The notes under the pieces are model-generated. The model saw only the letters and a program-made list of their open reading frames with translations. It searched no databases and had not been told where the DNA came from. The position numbers and the translations under genes are program-made. 64,000 nt of DNA from Selaginella moellendorffii (taxonomy: Eukaryota > Plantae > Lycopodiophyta), in the NCBI RefSeq assembly GCF_000143415.4, contig NW_003314267.1:2893839-2957838 (forward strand). Direction: 5' to 3'. Below, one piece after another: positions 52,309 through 63,773 of this stretch (within the stretch, counting starts at the first letter, position 1; every line of letters begins with the position of its first letter).

Positions 52309-52350
52309 GGCGGTGGTGGGAAAGAGGGGGGGAGGGGGTTACAAAAGCCC

Positions 52351-52628
52351 TTAGGCCTGGAGTGGTTTCTCGTACGTGTTCTGGTCCCTAAACTCCTGAA
52401 GCCGCTTCTGGATCATGTCCACCACATTGGGCTGCACGAAGATGTTAGTGTCATCCAGCACGTAGATGATAAACTGCTGGGCCGCGGGGAGCTGGTCGTT
52501 CATGTGAATGACAAACTGCGCCATGGGTATGTCGCTGCACGCACCACGGCCACGGCCATCAAGCGCAAAAAGCAGCGGGCAAGTGTGACGCACCAGCTCA
52601 CCAGGACGCCCTTGATCGCCTGCACCAT
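52351..52628 (-). CDS. TFB5: TFIIH subunit TFB5/TTDA, 2 exons
   Basis: MVQAIKGVLVSC|DIPMAQFVIHMN...FIIYVLDDTNIFV...FRDQNTYEKP. Confidence 0.92.
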
Positions 52629-52720
52629 GGCGCCGCCCACCCCGCGCACGCCTACCTATAAGCCCTAGCTCCTCCTAAAATCTCTGTACAAGAATAAGCC
52701 TAGCTAGTCCCCCCACTTTA

Positions 52721-53861
52721 TCACGGCTGCGACTTTGTGGGAAGGATGGTGTCCGCCAGCTCCCTGTTGATTGCAATCTGGAGCGGGGGCATGTGGCTCA
52801 TGATCCCCGATACATTAGACATCCTGCCAGGGAAAGAAAAGCTGGATTAAGTTCTTGCAAGCCAGAGCATGTATGTATGAATGTACCCGTCGAGGAGCGC
52901 TTCCAGGTTGTCCCGGAACTTGGCCAGGAGATCCGTGTTCTCCTGGGCCTGCATCGCACCGCCCTTGTCAAGAAGCAGGACGTCAAAAACAACAGCGACA
53001 TACCTTGCCAGCAGCCAGGTTGGCTCGTATCTGCACAACCACTTGGAGGTTTTGGTCAAACAGCTCCCCGGCGGTGCCACCGATTGCTGCGGGAAACAAG
53101 CACAACGTCAGGCATCGAGAGTGAAGCAAAGTGGACCAACCTTCGTTTGAAATACCATCGTCGGCATCAATAGGAAGGGGCGCGGTAGAGTACATGGGCA
53201 TGGAGCCGGTGTTGGTGCTCGTGTTGTTGTTGTTGTTGTTGCTGTTGCCGTTGCCGCCGGTCTTGGCCAGAGCTGCTGTTGATGGCTTCACGTCTACAGT
53301 CTTATCCTGCCCAACGACCAACCAACGATCCAACGAGGGCCAAAGAAAAGAGACAAGTGCTCACCTTCTTGTCCTTGGATTTCTTGGAAGCGTTGTGTTG
53401 TTCTTCGGCCTTCCTCCGCTTGCCGACCTCCTTCTTCTGCAAAGCCCCCACAAGTCAGTGTGAGCTCCCTGGACAAAGGAAGAAAACAACTCACGGCCAT
53501 CCATCGGCATCGCAGAGCAACGTCCCTCACGCTCTTGTCCGACAGAAGGGCTGCGATCTTGATGTACTTCCACACGCCTGCCTCACTCCCAAAGCTGCAA
53601 GGAGAGCACACAGACAGAGGTTACGAGGAGGAAATACATGGAGAAAGGGACTGACGTGTGGAGGCTCTCGTCCAGAATGGATTGCTCCTCGGCGCTCCAC
53701 TCAACAGCCAGGCCTGGATTGTGAAGAAGTTGGTGCTTGGAATCTGCGGGCGTTGGTGCTGCGCATGGTGGAGGAGGAGGAGGGGGATGAGTGCGAGCTC
53801 CATTGGCCATGGCCGTAGCAGCAGACTCCGATTTTACGACAAGGCCAACAGCAGTAGCCAT
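52721..53861 (-). CDS. DUF3755 / SANT-Myb-like protein
   Basis: HNPGLAVEWSAEEQSIL, YIKIAALLSDKSVRDVALRCRWM, C-terminal MSHMPPLQIAINRELA. Confidence 0.85.
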
Positions 53862-53884
53862 TGTCCTATACTATTCCCGCCATA

Positions 53885-53900
53885 GCCCTAGCTCTAGGGC
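53885..53900. promoter_or_regulatory. Inverted pair of GCCCTAG (telo-box-like) motifs in a 67-bp divergent promoter
   Basis: GCCCTAG-CT-CTAGGGC between the ATGs at 53861 (-) and 53929 (+). Confidence 0.55.
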
Positions 53901-53928
53901 AGAGTAAAGGGGAAGGATATACTTTACG

Positions 53929-54876
53929 ATGGCCTCCTCCTCCTCTTCCACTGACACATCGCCCCTGGTAACTTCTCGCAGCGCCCAGAGCTCCGAGCAG
54001 GTGCTGTGCCGGATCTGCTTAGACTCGACAGGTGAGTGAGCGCGAGCGAGTCGCGATCTAGGTTATACAAATTATTCATTTCGTTCAAATTTTGATCAGG
54101 CCATGACTTAATCGCACCTTGCCGCTGCAGAGGGACTCAGAAGTTTGTCCACAGGTCTTGCCTCGATAGCTGGAGAGCCGCCAAGGTGAAGCCTCGCTCA
54201 CCATTTTCATTCGTGAATCGTCACTCAAACGGAGCGTGCAGTGCAGGAAGGATCCGCATTCTCACGCTGCACGGAATGCCGAGCGACGTTCCACCTGCGA
54301 GCCAATGTGCCACACGACAGATGGTGGCGAAGGCTCAAGTTCCAGCTGCTGGTGATGAGAGATCACGCCGCCATCGTCCTGGCTGCTCAGCTGGTAAGCC
54401 TTTGGACAATGCATGCCCCGAGGCTTGATAGCCTACACTCCTTGCAACAGGTTGTGGCATTTCTGGGCCTGGTGGTGTACCTGCTGTATGGGAGGGAGCT
54501 TAAGGAGATGTTTGGATACTCGCGGCATCCTTACGGCTTCTATTCACTTGCAGGTTCGTTCGTGCTTGCCACTCCAAGGGAAACAAAATCTAGCTTTTCT
54601 TCCCTCAGTTGTCGTGGCCCTCCTCTCGGGACTATCGTACGGATTCTTCGTTTCCATCATCTGCGGCCAACGAATCAGCAACCGGCACTACCACGTCCTT
54701 GCAAAGCGCGAGCTGTCTCAAGTAAGTAACTTGTCATCTATAACAAGGTTATAGCACTTGGCTGAATTCACTTCAAGCAGGAATACGTGGTGCAAACAAT
54801 CAACGATGGAGAAGAGGCACCGCCTAGCTTAGATCCCGTGCACGTCAATGAGCTCAAACGCCTTGGCCTCTACTGA
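53929..54876 (+). CDS. RING-CH (RINGv/MARCH-type) membrane E3 ligase
   Basis: CRICL...LIAPCRCRGTQKFVHRSCLDSW...CTEC followed by TM helices and HYHVLAKREL. Confidence 0.9.
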
Positions 54877-54942
54877 AAGTTGGGAAGTCTATTTTTTGAT
54901 GATACAATGTATATCTGCAGAACGGAGAATGGAATGTTGGTG

Positions 54943-57900
54943 TCACATTCTGTCTTCCTGGAGCGCCTTTTGAACAAGCTCCTTCTGCTCACGGCTATGC
55001 ACACTGCCGAACCCCGTCGCAGTTGCTGCAGAGGGAGGCCTTCCCACGTACTTGAGGTCCTCGAAGCTGCCATGCTCCACGGAAACCATGGCAGTTGCCA
55101 AGCGAGGAGCCATGTAGGGAAATGCACCCATATTCATCGGCTCCTCTTGGCACCAAACAACGTCCGCATCTACGCACACACCCGAGTTTGAAAAAGAAGA
55201 TAAACTGGCTGGCTTACTTGGATATCGCCTGAGTTCTCGTTGGAGGAGGTCGTAAGGAACCGGGCAAAGCTGCTCCACGCGGCAAATGGCTACGTCTTTG
55301 GCACCAACACGCTGCTTTTCCTCGTCCAGCTCATAGTACACCTAGACAAGCACACGCTATAGGCTCACCGTCTGGCCTCGCAAAATTTACCTTTCCAGAG
55401 CAGAGAACGAGGCGACGAACCCCCGACTCCACTTCAGCATGGTTGTTTTGGTCCTTGATCAGTCGCTTGAATCGGGTGCCTTGCTTATCAAACCCAGGAT
55501 GTCCCTCAACATCGTTAAATTCGGACAGACTTGACCGACACGCCTGGTGGCGCAGTAAATTTTTTGGCGCCATGACGACAAGAGGTTTCCTAAAGTCCCG
55601 ATGAATCTAAGCGGCGAACAAAAGAGCGAGTGATATAGCTCACGATCATAACACCTAGTGCTTACCTGCCGGCGGAGTACATGGAAGTAATTGGCAGGAG
55701 TTGTCACGTTCATCACCTGCCAGTTGCATTCTTGAATCTGTTTGCGAAGGGACACCTCCATCTCAGGAATGACGAATGGATTGTCATCGCTCATCTGCAG
55801 TCATGTTTAGCAATCCCAAGATGCATCGAAAGCTTGTATTACGAAACCTGTAGAAATCTTTCCAGCCTCGCACTCGAGTGCTCTGGTCCCTGCCCGTCAT
55901 AACCGTGTGGCAGCAGGACGACCAGGCCCGTCTGACGCAACCATTTTGCTTCCCCGCTGCTCAGAAACTGATCGAAGATCACCTGGCAACCGTTGGAAAA
56001 ATCTCCAAACTGGGCCTCCCAACAAACCAACGAGTTTGGGTTCTCCATCGAATACCCAAGCTCAAACCCAAGCACTCCAAACTCCGACAGTGAGCTGCAT
56101 GCACCACATGTTATCAGTACCTACGGAAGGTAGAAGTACGAGCCCACCTGTTACTGACTGTAAACATTTCGTCCTCCTGATTCTTCACCACATGGTTCAG
56201 AGGGCAATACTTTTCGCCAGACTTCTGGTCGTGTACGACAGCATGTCTGTGGCTGAATGTGCCTCTCTCAACGTCCTGACCGCTCAGGCGGACATGGTTG
56301 CCCTCGGCAAGCAGCGTCGCAAAGGCCAAGGCTTCTGCAGTCGCCCAGTCAACACCTTCTCCCGTCTCAATCATCTGCGCACGTTGCTCGTATACTTTCT
56401 TGATCGCTCTGTGTGCCGTGAAAGTTGGAGGTAGCGTGGTGATCGCCTTGCCAAGGTTCTTCAGAATCTCCGGCTTCACACTGGAGTGGTCATCACATGC
56501 GGGTGTGATCACAAATCCACCCTTACCCCGTGTTTCGTAGCCTGGACAGCTGCTCCGGGCCTTTGAATCCTGTCCAATATGCTGCAAGCCAGTCTTGTGT
56601 CTTTGGGATATAGTCTTTGCTGCTCTGAAACTCTTCGTTCAAGATCGCCATCACCTTGTCGTGCACCCTTGCAATGTCCTCCTTTTTCAGCTGCCCGACT
56701 TGGGCCAGCTTCTTCTCGTAGATGTCGAGAGAAGTGGGGTGGCCCTTGATGACCTGCCAGAGTACGCACACACGTCAAGGGACATGTGCATGCAAGATAC
56801 CGCAGACGTACCTGATACATCTTAGGCTGAGTGAAGTTCGGCTCGTCGATCTCGTTGTGACCAAACCGGCGGTAGCAAACGATGTCAACGACGACATCCG
56901 CCTTGAAGTGGCATCTCCACTCCGCCGCCATCGCACAGGCGTGGACAACGGCCTCCACATCGTCGCCATTGACGTGGAAAATGGGAGCGTTCAAGGCCTT
57001 GGCAACGTCGGTGCAGTAAGGAGAGGAGCGACTGCTCTTGGGGTCGGTGGTGAAGGCCACCTGATTGTTGACGACGATATGAATGGTACCGCCAGTTGTG
57101 TAGTTGGGAAGGTCGCTCAAGTGCAGCGTCTCGTACACCACACCTTGCCCCGAGAAGCTGCCGTCGCCGTGGAGCAAGACGGCCATGTTTCTCTTGCGCT
57201 CGACGTCTTGCGAGTAGTACTGCTTGGCCCTCGTCTTTCCGATGACAACCGGGTCCACGGCTTCCAGGTGGCTTGGGTTTGCAACGAGCGAGAGGTGAAT
57301 CCTCTTACCGCTGCGCGTTGGCCTGTCGTAGGAAGTGCCCAGATGGTACTTGACGTCACCACTCCCGGTGTAGCCACCTTTCTCGACGTCGGCGGGCCTT
57401 ATCCCGGCACTAAACTCGCTGAAGATGTGCCTCAGCGGTTTCCTCACCACATTACCCAGCACGTTGAGCCGACCCCTGTGAGGCATGCCAATGACAATGC
57501 TGTCCACGCCCAGGTCGGCGGCCCGGTCGATGAGCTCTTTCATTCCCGGGATGAGCGTCTCGCAACCCTCGAGGCCAAAGCGCTTGGCAGCAGTCCACTT
57601 TTGCGCCAGGAAGTTCTCAAAGCGCGTCCCCCAGATGAGGCGATCCAGGATGATGGCCTGCTTCTCCCGCGAGTAGTTGCTGGGGACGTGCTGCTCGATC
57701 CTCTCCCGCAGCCAGTTACACTTGTCCCTGTCCGGGATGTGCATGTACTCGTAGCCAATGCTCCCGCAGTATGCCTGCTCTAAACGCCTGAGAATGGCCC
57801 TCAGCGTCTGGACAGGGCGATTCTCGGACAAGAAGCCCGACATCCTCCACACCCCGATGAAAAACTCCCGGTCCAGGTCGGCATCCGTGAATCCATATAG

Positions 57901-58353
57901 AGCCGGGTTGAGGTCCTGCGGGGGCACGCGCTGCTCCAGCCCCAGGGGATCCAGCTGCGCTTTGATGTGACCATTCACCTGGTAAGCTCTCAGCAGCAGC
58001 AGCAAGCGCATGCTCTCTTGGATCGTCTGTCCCGACAGGCCGGGACTGGATGCCGCCTTGCCCGTGAAATTCCGGAAGAAGTTGTCCCACGACTCGTCCA
58101 CGCTCCTGGGATCCGCCTCCCACGCGCGCTGGAGCTCTTCCAAGTAGACGCTGCTGGTGCCGTCGAGGAAGTTGTCAGTGAGGCGGGAGAGAGGGATGGA
58201 GCGGGGCGCGGGCGGCTTTTGCATCCACCGCGGGCTCCCACGGAAATGCACCGCGTCTCTTTTGGCTCGAGGCGGTCTAACAATCGTATGGAAGGATCCA
58301 GTCTCGACGCGCAGCCACGGCAACACAAGCCTGGACGAGACCCTCGCCGCCAT
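54943..58353 (-). CDS. OGDH: Mitochondrial 2-oxoglutarate dehydrogenase E1
   Basis: [58 protein letters not shown]. Confidence 0.97.
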
Positions 58354-58371
58354 CGCAAGCCCTAAATTATT

Positions 58372-59507
58372 TCATTTGTCATTCTCCCGCGCAACAAGCC
58401 TTTCACCAAAGGCCCGCGCAAGCATGTCCTTGGGCTCAATCCCCCACCCCACGCTCGCCTCGTACGCCGCCACCACCGAGTCTGGAGACACGACGAGCCC
58501 CTGCGAGGCCAGCGCTCTCACAGCGTTGCCCACCCGGCAAATCCTCTCCCTGGTTGCCAGCGGAATCGGGATCGCCGGCCCATCCTCCTGCTGCTGCTGC
58601 TGCTGCTGCTGTTCACGCTGTGCAACGCTTGATATCCACACGTAGCCGTTGCACCCAAAGATAACTTCCACCTGGTACTGCCCAAAGCTGTGAAAGTGCT
58701 GGCTCAAGCGCTTGATGAGGTAAGGCTCAACCTTGACAAGCTGGCCCATTTGCAGCTGCCAATCCGGATAGAACGTCAGCCCCAGATTCGTGCTGCTTGT
58801 TTTCTTGCTTACCTTGCCATACTTCAAGCTCCGGGTGTGGAGGTGGATGGAGTCCTGGCTCGCAGATTGCACCTCAGCCTGCATGCATCGATAAGTCTCC
58901 ACAAAACAAAACTAGCACATACACTGATGAGGTCACCTTCTACAAACACAGAACGCATATTGAGCTCGTCGGTGGCCGTCCGCCGCCTCTGCAGGAGATG
59001 CGCAATGTAGTATATAGCAGTGCGGAATGCGGATGATTTACCTGGATTCCACCTGGTAAATTCACCGCGGACAGCATGAGATGTGCGTCCTGCTTGGAGT
59101 TGACATCCACCTTCCATCGCTTTTGGGCAAGCTGGAAACAAGTACGAGTCAGCCGATCACCTCTCCAACGGTTCAACCAACCTCGGTGACTCGGCCGATG
59201 ACAACATCTCCAACCCGTGCTTCGTACCTTGTGTCGCCAAGGTTGACAAAGACTACATCGGCTCTCTACAATACAAGAGTGCCCTACCTGGAACGAAGCG
59301 GCTTGACAAACACGAGCTTGTTCACCCGCTCGACAGTGCCGCAAACAGTGGCTACCAGCTCCCCGTCTACAAGCTGCGTTCCGTGCCCTCTAAAAGAACA
59401 AGCATGGCTTCAAGGGTTGCCTGGAAAGAGGCCGCCTCCTTTTACCTCAGGATTCCGTCCTGGTGATCCACCTGGATCACATCTCCAATCGCGACCAGCG
59501 CCCGCAT
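58372..59507 (-). CDS. RRP4: Exosome component RRP4 (S1/KH)
   Basis: LRGHGT, CGTVERVNKLV, YEARVGDVVIGRV, LSAVNLPGG, IFGCNGYVWI. Confidence 0.92.
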
Positions 59508-59515
59508 CCTTGTCG

Positions 59516-59524
59516 AAACCCTAG
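59516..59524 (+). promoter_or_regulatory. Telo-box AAACCCTA in the 41-bp RRP4/RTE1 divergent gap
   Basis: Canonical plant telo-box sequence (AAACCCTAG). Confidence 0.6.
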
Positions 59525-59548
59525 CCCCGCTTTAGGTCGCGCGCAGGC

Positions 59549-60285
59549 ATGGCCATGGATGCGGTGGCGCTCACCGTGGGCGGCAATGCGGCGGCGGCGG
59601 CGCCGGTGGATGCCGAGCGAGCGCGCTTCCCGCACTGCGTGGTGTGGACGCCATTGCCCATCGTCTCGTGGCTGTCGCCGCTCATCGGCCACGTAGGGAT
59701 CTGTCGCGCCGACGGTGTCATCCTCGACTTCGCCGGCCCCTTCTTCGTCAACGTGGACGGCTTCGCCTTCGGCTCGCCCGCAAAGTTCCTCCGCCTCGAC
59801 CCCGACCAGGTGCGTAGTGACATGTTGCAGCTAACCGCATGACACTGGTTGCTGCGCAGTGCTGCTTCCCCGCATTCGCCTTGTCGGGGCACCGCTGCCG
59901 GGAGGCGTTCCGGCACTCGCAGCTGGGTACCGCCAGCGACTGGGACGACGCCCTGCGCAGCTGCATGCACAAGTTCCAGCACAAGACGTACAACTTCTTC
60001 ACCTGCAACTGCCACTCGTTCGTCTCCACCTGCCTCAACCGCGCCGCGTACCAGGGCCGCACCGACTGGAACATGATCCACATCGTCGCCCTGGTGCACT
60101 GCCGCGGCCACTGGATCGGCCCCGCCGCGCTCCTCAGGTCGCTCGCGCCTTTCGTCCTCGTCCTCTGCATCGGCCTCCTCACCGCCGGCTGGCCCTTCCT
60201 CGTCGGCTGGGCGCTCATCTCCTCGCTCCTGGCGGCATGGTTCGTGTTCGCCACCTGTTGCGCCCGCGGCGTCGCCGACTGCTAG
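59549..60285 (+). CDS. RTE1: RTE1/RTH (TMEM222-family) ethylene-signalling membrane protein, 2 exons
   Basis: [36 protein letters not shown]. Confidence 0.92.
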
Positions 60286-60350
60286 CCCGAGGCCCGGGCT
60301 TTTTTAGGGCTCCCTCCCGGCTTCTCGTGCCTAGGGCGCACCCACACACC

Positions 60351-60924
60351 ATGTTCTATGGCGCAGCGGTGTGGGATCCGTGGCTCATTGTGTCGCAGAT
60401 CGTCTGCATCCAGTGCCTGAGCTATGTCAGCCTTGGCGCGCTGCTGTGGGCATTCGTGGGAGTCCAGGTACCGAGGTTTACGCTCCACTTCTTCTTCGAC
60501 CACACGCTGCTCTCCTTCTCCTCCGCCACCGGCTGGTGCCTCATCTCGGCCTTCATCCTCAACTCGCTCCTAGTGTAAGTGCCTGCCCCTCCCCTCCAGA
60601 TCCACACAAACAAATCTCTCATTCTCCCTTTTAGAGCTGCCTACCTGTTCGTGCTGGTGGAGAGGGCCAAAAAGTGCCTGGATTTCTCGGCCACTGTCTA
60701 CATTATTCACTTGGTCTTGAGCTCCATCTACGGGGGATTCCCGCTAACTGTGACGTGGTGGTTGCTCATGGGGACGTGCTTGGCCGTCACTGCCCTCCTT
60801 GGCGAGTGGCTCTGCCTCAGGCGCGAATTGAGGGACATCCCCATTAGAACGGCGCGTGCAAGTAAGACGGCGCCTCTTGTTGCTTCTCGTTCCCTAAGCT
60901 TTTCTTTTGTCGGCAGCTGTTTAG
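60351..60924 (+). CDS. SYS1: SYS1 Golgi membrane protein, 3 exons
   Basis: MFYGAAVWDPWLIVSQI, VERAKKCLDF, GEWLCLRRELRDIP. Confidence 0.92.
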
Positions 60925-61017
60925 CAACGAGACGGAAGACCTCCATTCTTTTCCCACCACAACGACAGGCGCGTGTAAACTACTACCTAGGTAGCCAGAG
61001 ACACTTCGATTCAGTAG

Positions 61018-62196
61018 ATGGCGGCGGCGATTTGCTCCAGCGGCAGCACAGGCGCCGGGAGTGGCACTTCTCGTGCAGTGGTGTGCGGTGCGGGCGTTAT
61101 CGGTACCTGTACCGCTTACTTCCTGGGGAAGAGGGGCGTCAAGGTGACGGTCGTGGACAGCTGTGGCGTGGCTACGGCAGCATCGGGTAAGGCTGGTGGC
61201 TTCCTTGCTCTCGACTGGTGCGATGGTTCTCCGGTCGGGAACCTGGCGCGAGCAAGCTTTGCCCTGCACCGGCAGCTTGCAGACGAGCTTGGCGGCGAAA
61301 CAAATTACGGGTACAGAAGGCTGGATGCGCTGAGTGTCACTGTCAAAGAGCCTACAGGGACAACAGGTGCAGGAGCTTCCGCCTCTCTTCCATCGTGGAT
61401 CGATGGTGCAATCAGGAAATCCAGTTCCATCGGGAGCCAGGCAACTACAGCTCAGGTCCATCCTCAGCTCTTCACTCGGACCGTCATGTCCCGTGCCGAG
61501 TCTGACTTTGGAGCCGAGTTCCTCAAGGGTACTGTGCGAGAGATCAGAGTCGACCCCGAGACGGCCCAGGTTTCAGGGGTGGTGGTTGATGACAAGTTTG
61601 TGGAAGCGGAGACGGTGGTGATTGCTCTCGGCCCCTGGTGTGGAAAGCTAAAGCTTGTGACCGACTTAACAAGCATTTCGGGGCTGAAAGCACACAGTAT
61701 TATCCTGCAGCCTCGTGAGGGACGGGACATCTCCCCGCACGCTTTGTTCCTCAGTTTCACCTCTAGGGAGGGTGAAACCATGGATCCAGAAGTGTATCCA
61801 CGTCCCACCGGGGAAGTCTACGTGTGCGGTATGTCGGAGCATGTGGAACTTCCTCCAGATGCGGACCACGTCGAGCCCAAGGCCGAAGCGATGGACATGT
61901 TGAAGCGAGTTGCTGGGGCCGTGTCGAGTCAGCTGGATGGCTGCCCAGTCAAGGCTCAGCAGGCGTGTTTCCTGCCGCTCTCGGTTGACGGTGTTCCTCT
62001 CATTGGAAAGCTTCCTCACGCAGCCGGTGTCTACTTGGCAACCGGCCACAGCTGCTGGGGAATCCTGAATGCACCGGCGACCGGTGCAAGTCTAGCGGAG
62101 CTCATTGTCGAAAGCCATTCTACGACAGTGGATCTCAAGCCCTTCGACCCGGCTAGATTTCTCACCGCAGAGAAAGGGAGAAGAAAGTTTCTTTGA
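61018..62196 (+). CDS. FAD-dependent oxidoreductase (DAO family, TDA3-like), intronless
   Basis: VVCGAGVIG, AASGKAGGFLA, ATGHSCWGI. Confidence 0.9.
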   Translation: MAAAICSSGSTGAGSGTSRAVVCGAGVIGTCTAYFLGKRGVKVTVVDSCGVATAASGKAGGFLALDWCDGSPVGNLARASFALHRQLADELGGETNYGYRRLDALSVTVKEPTGTTGAGASASLPSWIDGAIRKSSSIGSQATTAQVHPQLFTRTVMSRAESDFGAEFLKGTVREIRVDPETAQVSGVVVDDKFVEAETVVIALGPWCGKLKLVTDLTSISGLKAHSIILQPREGRDISPHALFLSFTSREGETMDPEVYPRPTGEVYVCGMSEHVELPPDADHVEPKAEAMDMLKRVAGAVSSQLDGCPVKAQQACFLPLSVDGVPLIGKLPHAAGVYLATGHSCWGILNAPATGASLAELIVESHSTTVDLKPFDPARFLTAEKGRRKFL

Positions 62197-62302
62197 TCAG
62201 ATTACCAGTCTTCCCCACTCCAGCAAGGCCCTCCAGAGTGATGAAGAGCGCCTGCTCTCTGCTAATCCCACTAGATGCGAAAGTGGTGGGGATGGTATGT
62301 AT

Positions 62303-63551
62303 CTAGGCCCACTCACCATGAAACAGTGGTTTTCTAATAACATCCGATTCTATATCCACCATCTTAGCGATGTCTGCGCACAGCTTGGTGTCGTAATCCT
62401 CGGGCTGTAGCTCCACTCCCAGCTCCTTGTCAATGTCATCTGATGCGGGTACGAGGATGAACTCACAGCCTTCGTAATTAAGAAGATCTGGAGGATGGAC
62501 CGGCACAAACCTGTAGGACCCCATGAGCGCTTGCAGCTTGGCGGGGTACATTGCTTTTCTCTTGTTACCCAAGCCTGCATTCGGCGGTGCTCCAGCACTA
62601 GGATTCTTTGCCTGAAAGAAACTCAACCTTAGCATCCATCTATCTACCTACGAACTTCGAGTCGAATCTCACTGAGATAATAAAGGAGGCCTCCTTTTCG
62701 AGATTCAATTCCTCCTGCAGAGCAGTGTGTTCCTCCTTGGGTTTGTCCAGCTTGTATATGAGGTGTGTGTGATTCTTGTGCTTTAGAATGCAGTAAACGC
62801 CTTCCCCTGCCGGACGGGCTCCTGGCTGGACCCGGTGCCCGCGAGTCTTCGTGTCATATTCATCTGGCATCTGGTTTCAGAAGAGAACGCAATAATGGAA
62901 ATGTAGCTTACGAGCCGAAAGGCTGTCTTTCATCGCTTGGATGGAAGTCGTGACCAAGTCCACGTAGCTCCACGCCGGACGACCTTTTGCAGCGGGATCA
63001 GGCAAGACCTTCCGTCCTACTATTATCAGTCTCATCAGCAAGCGTGTTGTCAAATCCACCTCCTGCACGAAGTGATCGATCAGGAACCATGGATAACATA
63101 AAAGATGGTCAGGTCAACACACCTGCATGCCCTGCTCCCCTGGTTTATCATCCTTGATCTCCTCCCGTAGCTCCCCGGCAGACTTCTCATCTCCGTTGCC
63201 ATCCCTGTCACCTTCTTTAGGTGTCCCCTTCACATTAACCGTGCGCTGGATGTCGTCAGCTTCTTTCTTTCCTTCGACAGCGTCCTTGGACTCTTCCAGC
63301 GTCTCCTTCACATTCTCCGAATGTGGATCTTGCTTCACTTCCAGGCTGTTATCGGCTGCGACTGGGCGGAGAACCATGTAAAGACGCTGTACCTCTCCGG
63401 CTGAGTGTGGATGCTCCACGTCAATCTTCGGGCGGTAAAAGAAGAAAATCTCCCCTATTTCCTGCCAATGTTTCGACGCATGTGTCAACATAAACAAATC
63501 GTGGTAACATACCGACACTTCCAAATCACTTCGGTTCTGCAACTTCTCCAT
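62303..63551 (-). CDS. Conserved uncharacterised protein, multi-exon
   Basis: Spliced globular blocks GEIFFFYRPK, QRLYMVLRP, RLIIVGRKVLP, ARPAGEGVY, HTHLIYKL, LLNYEGCEFILV. Confidence 0.75.
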
Positions 63552-63773
63552 GTTGTTTCTTGTCAGGAACAGAAAGAAGAATACTTGCCCCGGCCCTCGG
63601 GACCCTTCACTTGCTAGTATAAGATAGAGACAAGTGTCTTGCGTACGTGTCATGCAACCAGAATTTCAAGAAACAACCTTCATTGGAGGCGGCCCATTTA
63701 TTTCAGCTGCAGCTTGACACACACCATCAAAACTTTTAGAAATCTCGAAATCTAAAACAACAAGAACCTCTCC

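Noticed and set aside
42099-62196. Bacterial contamination or HGT suggested by intronless enzymes (purF, FAD oxidoreductase) and operon-like spacing
   Set aside because: Neighbours are spliced, eukaryote-specific genes, and purF carries a plant transit peptide.
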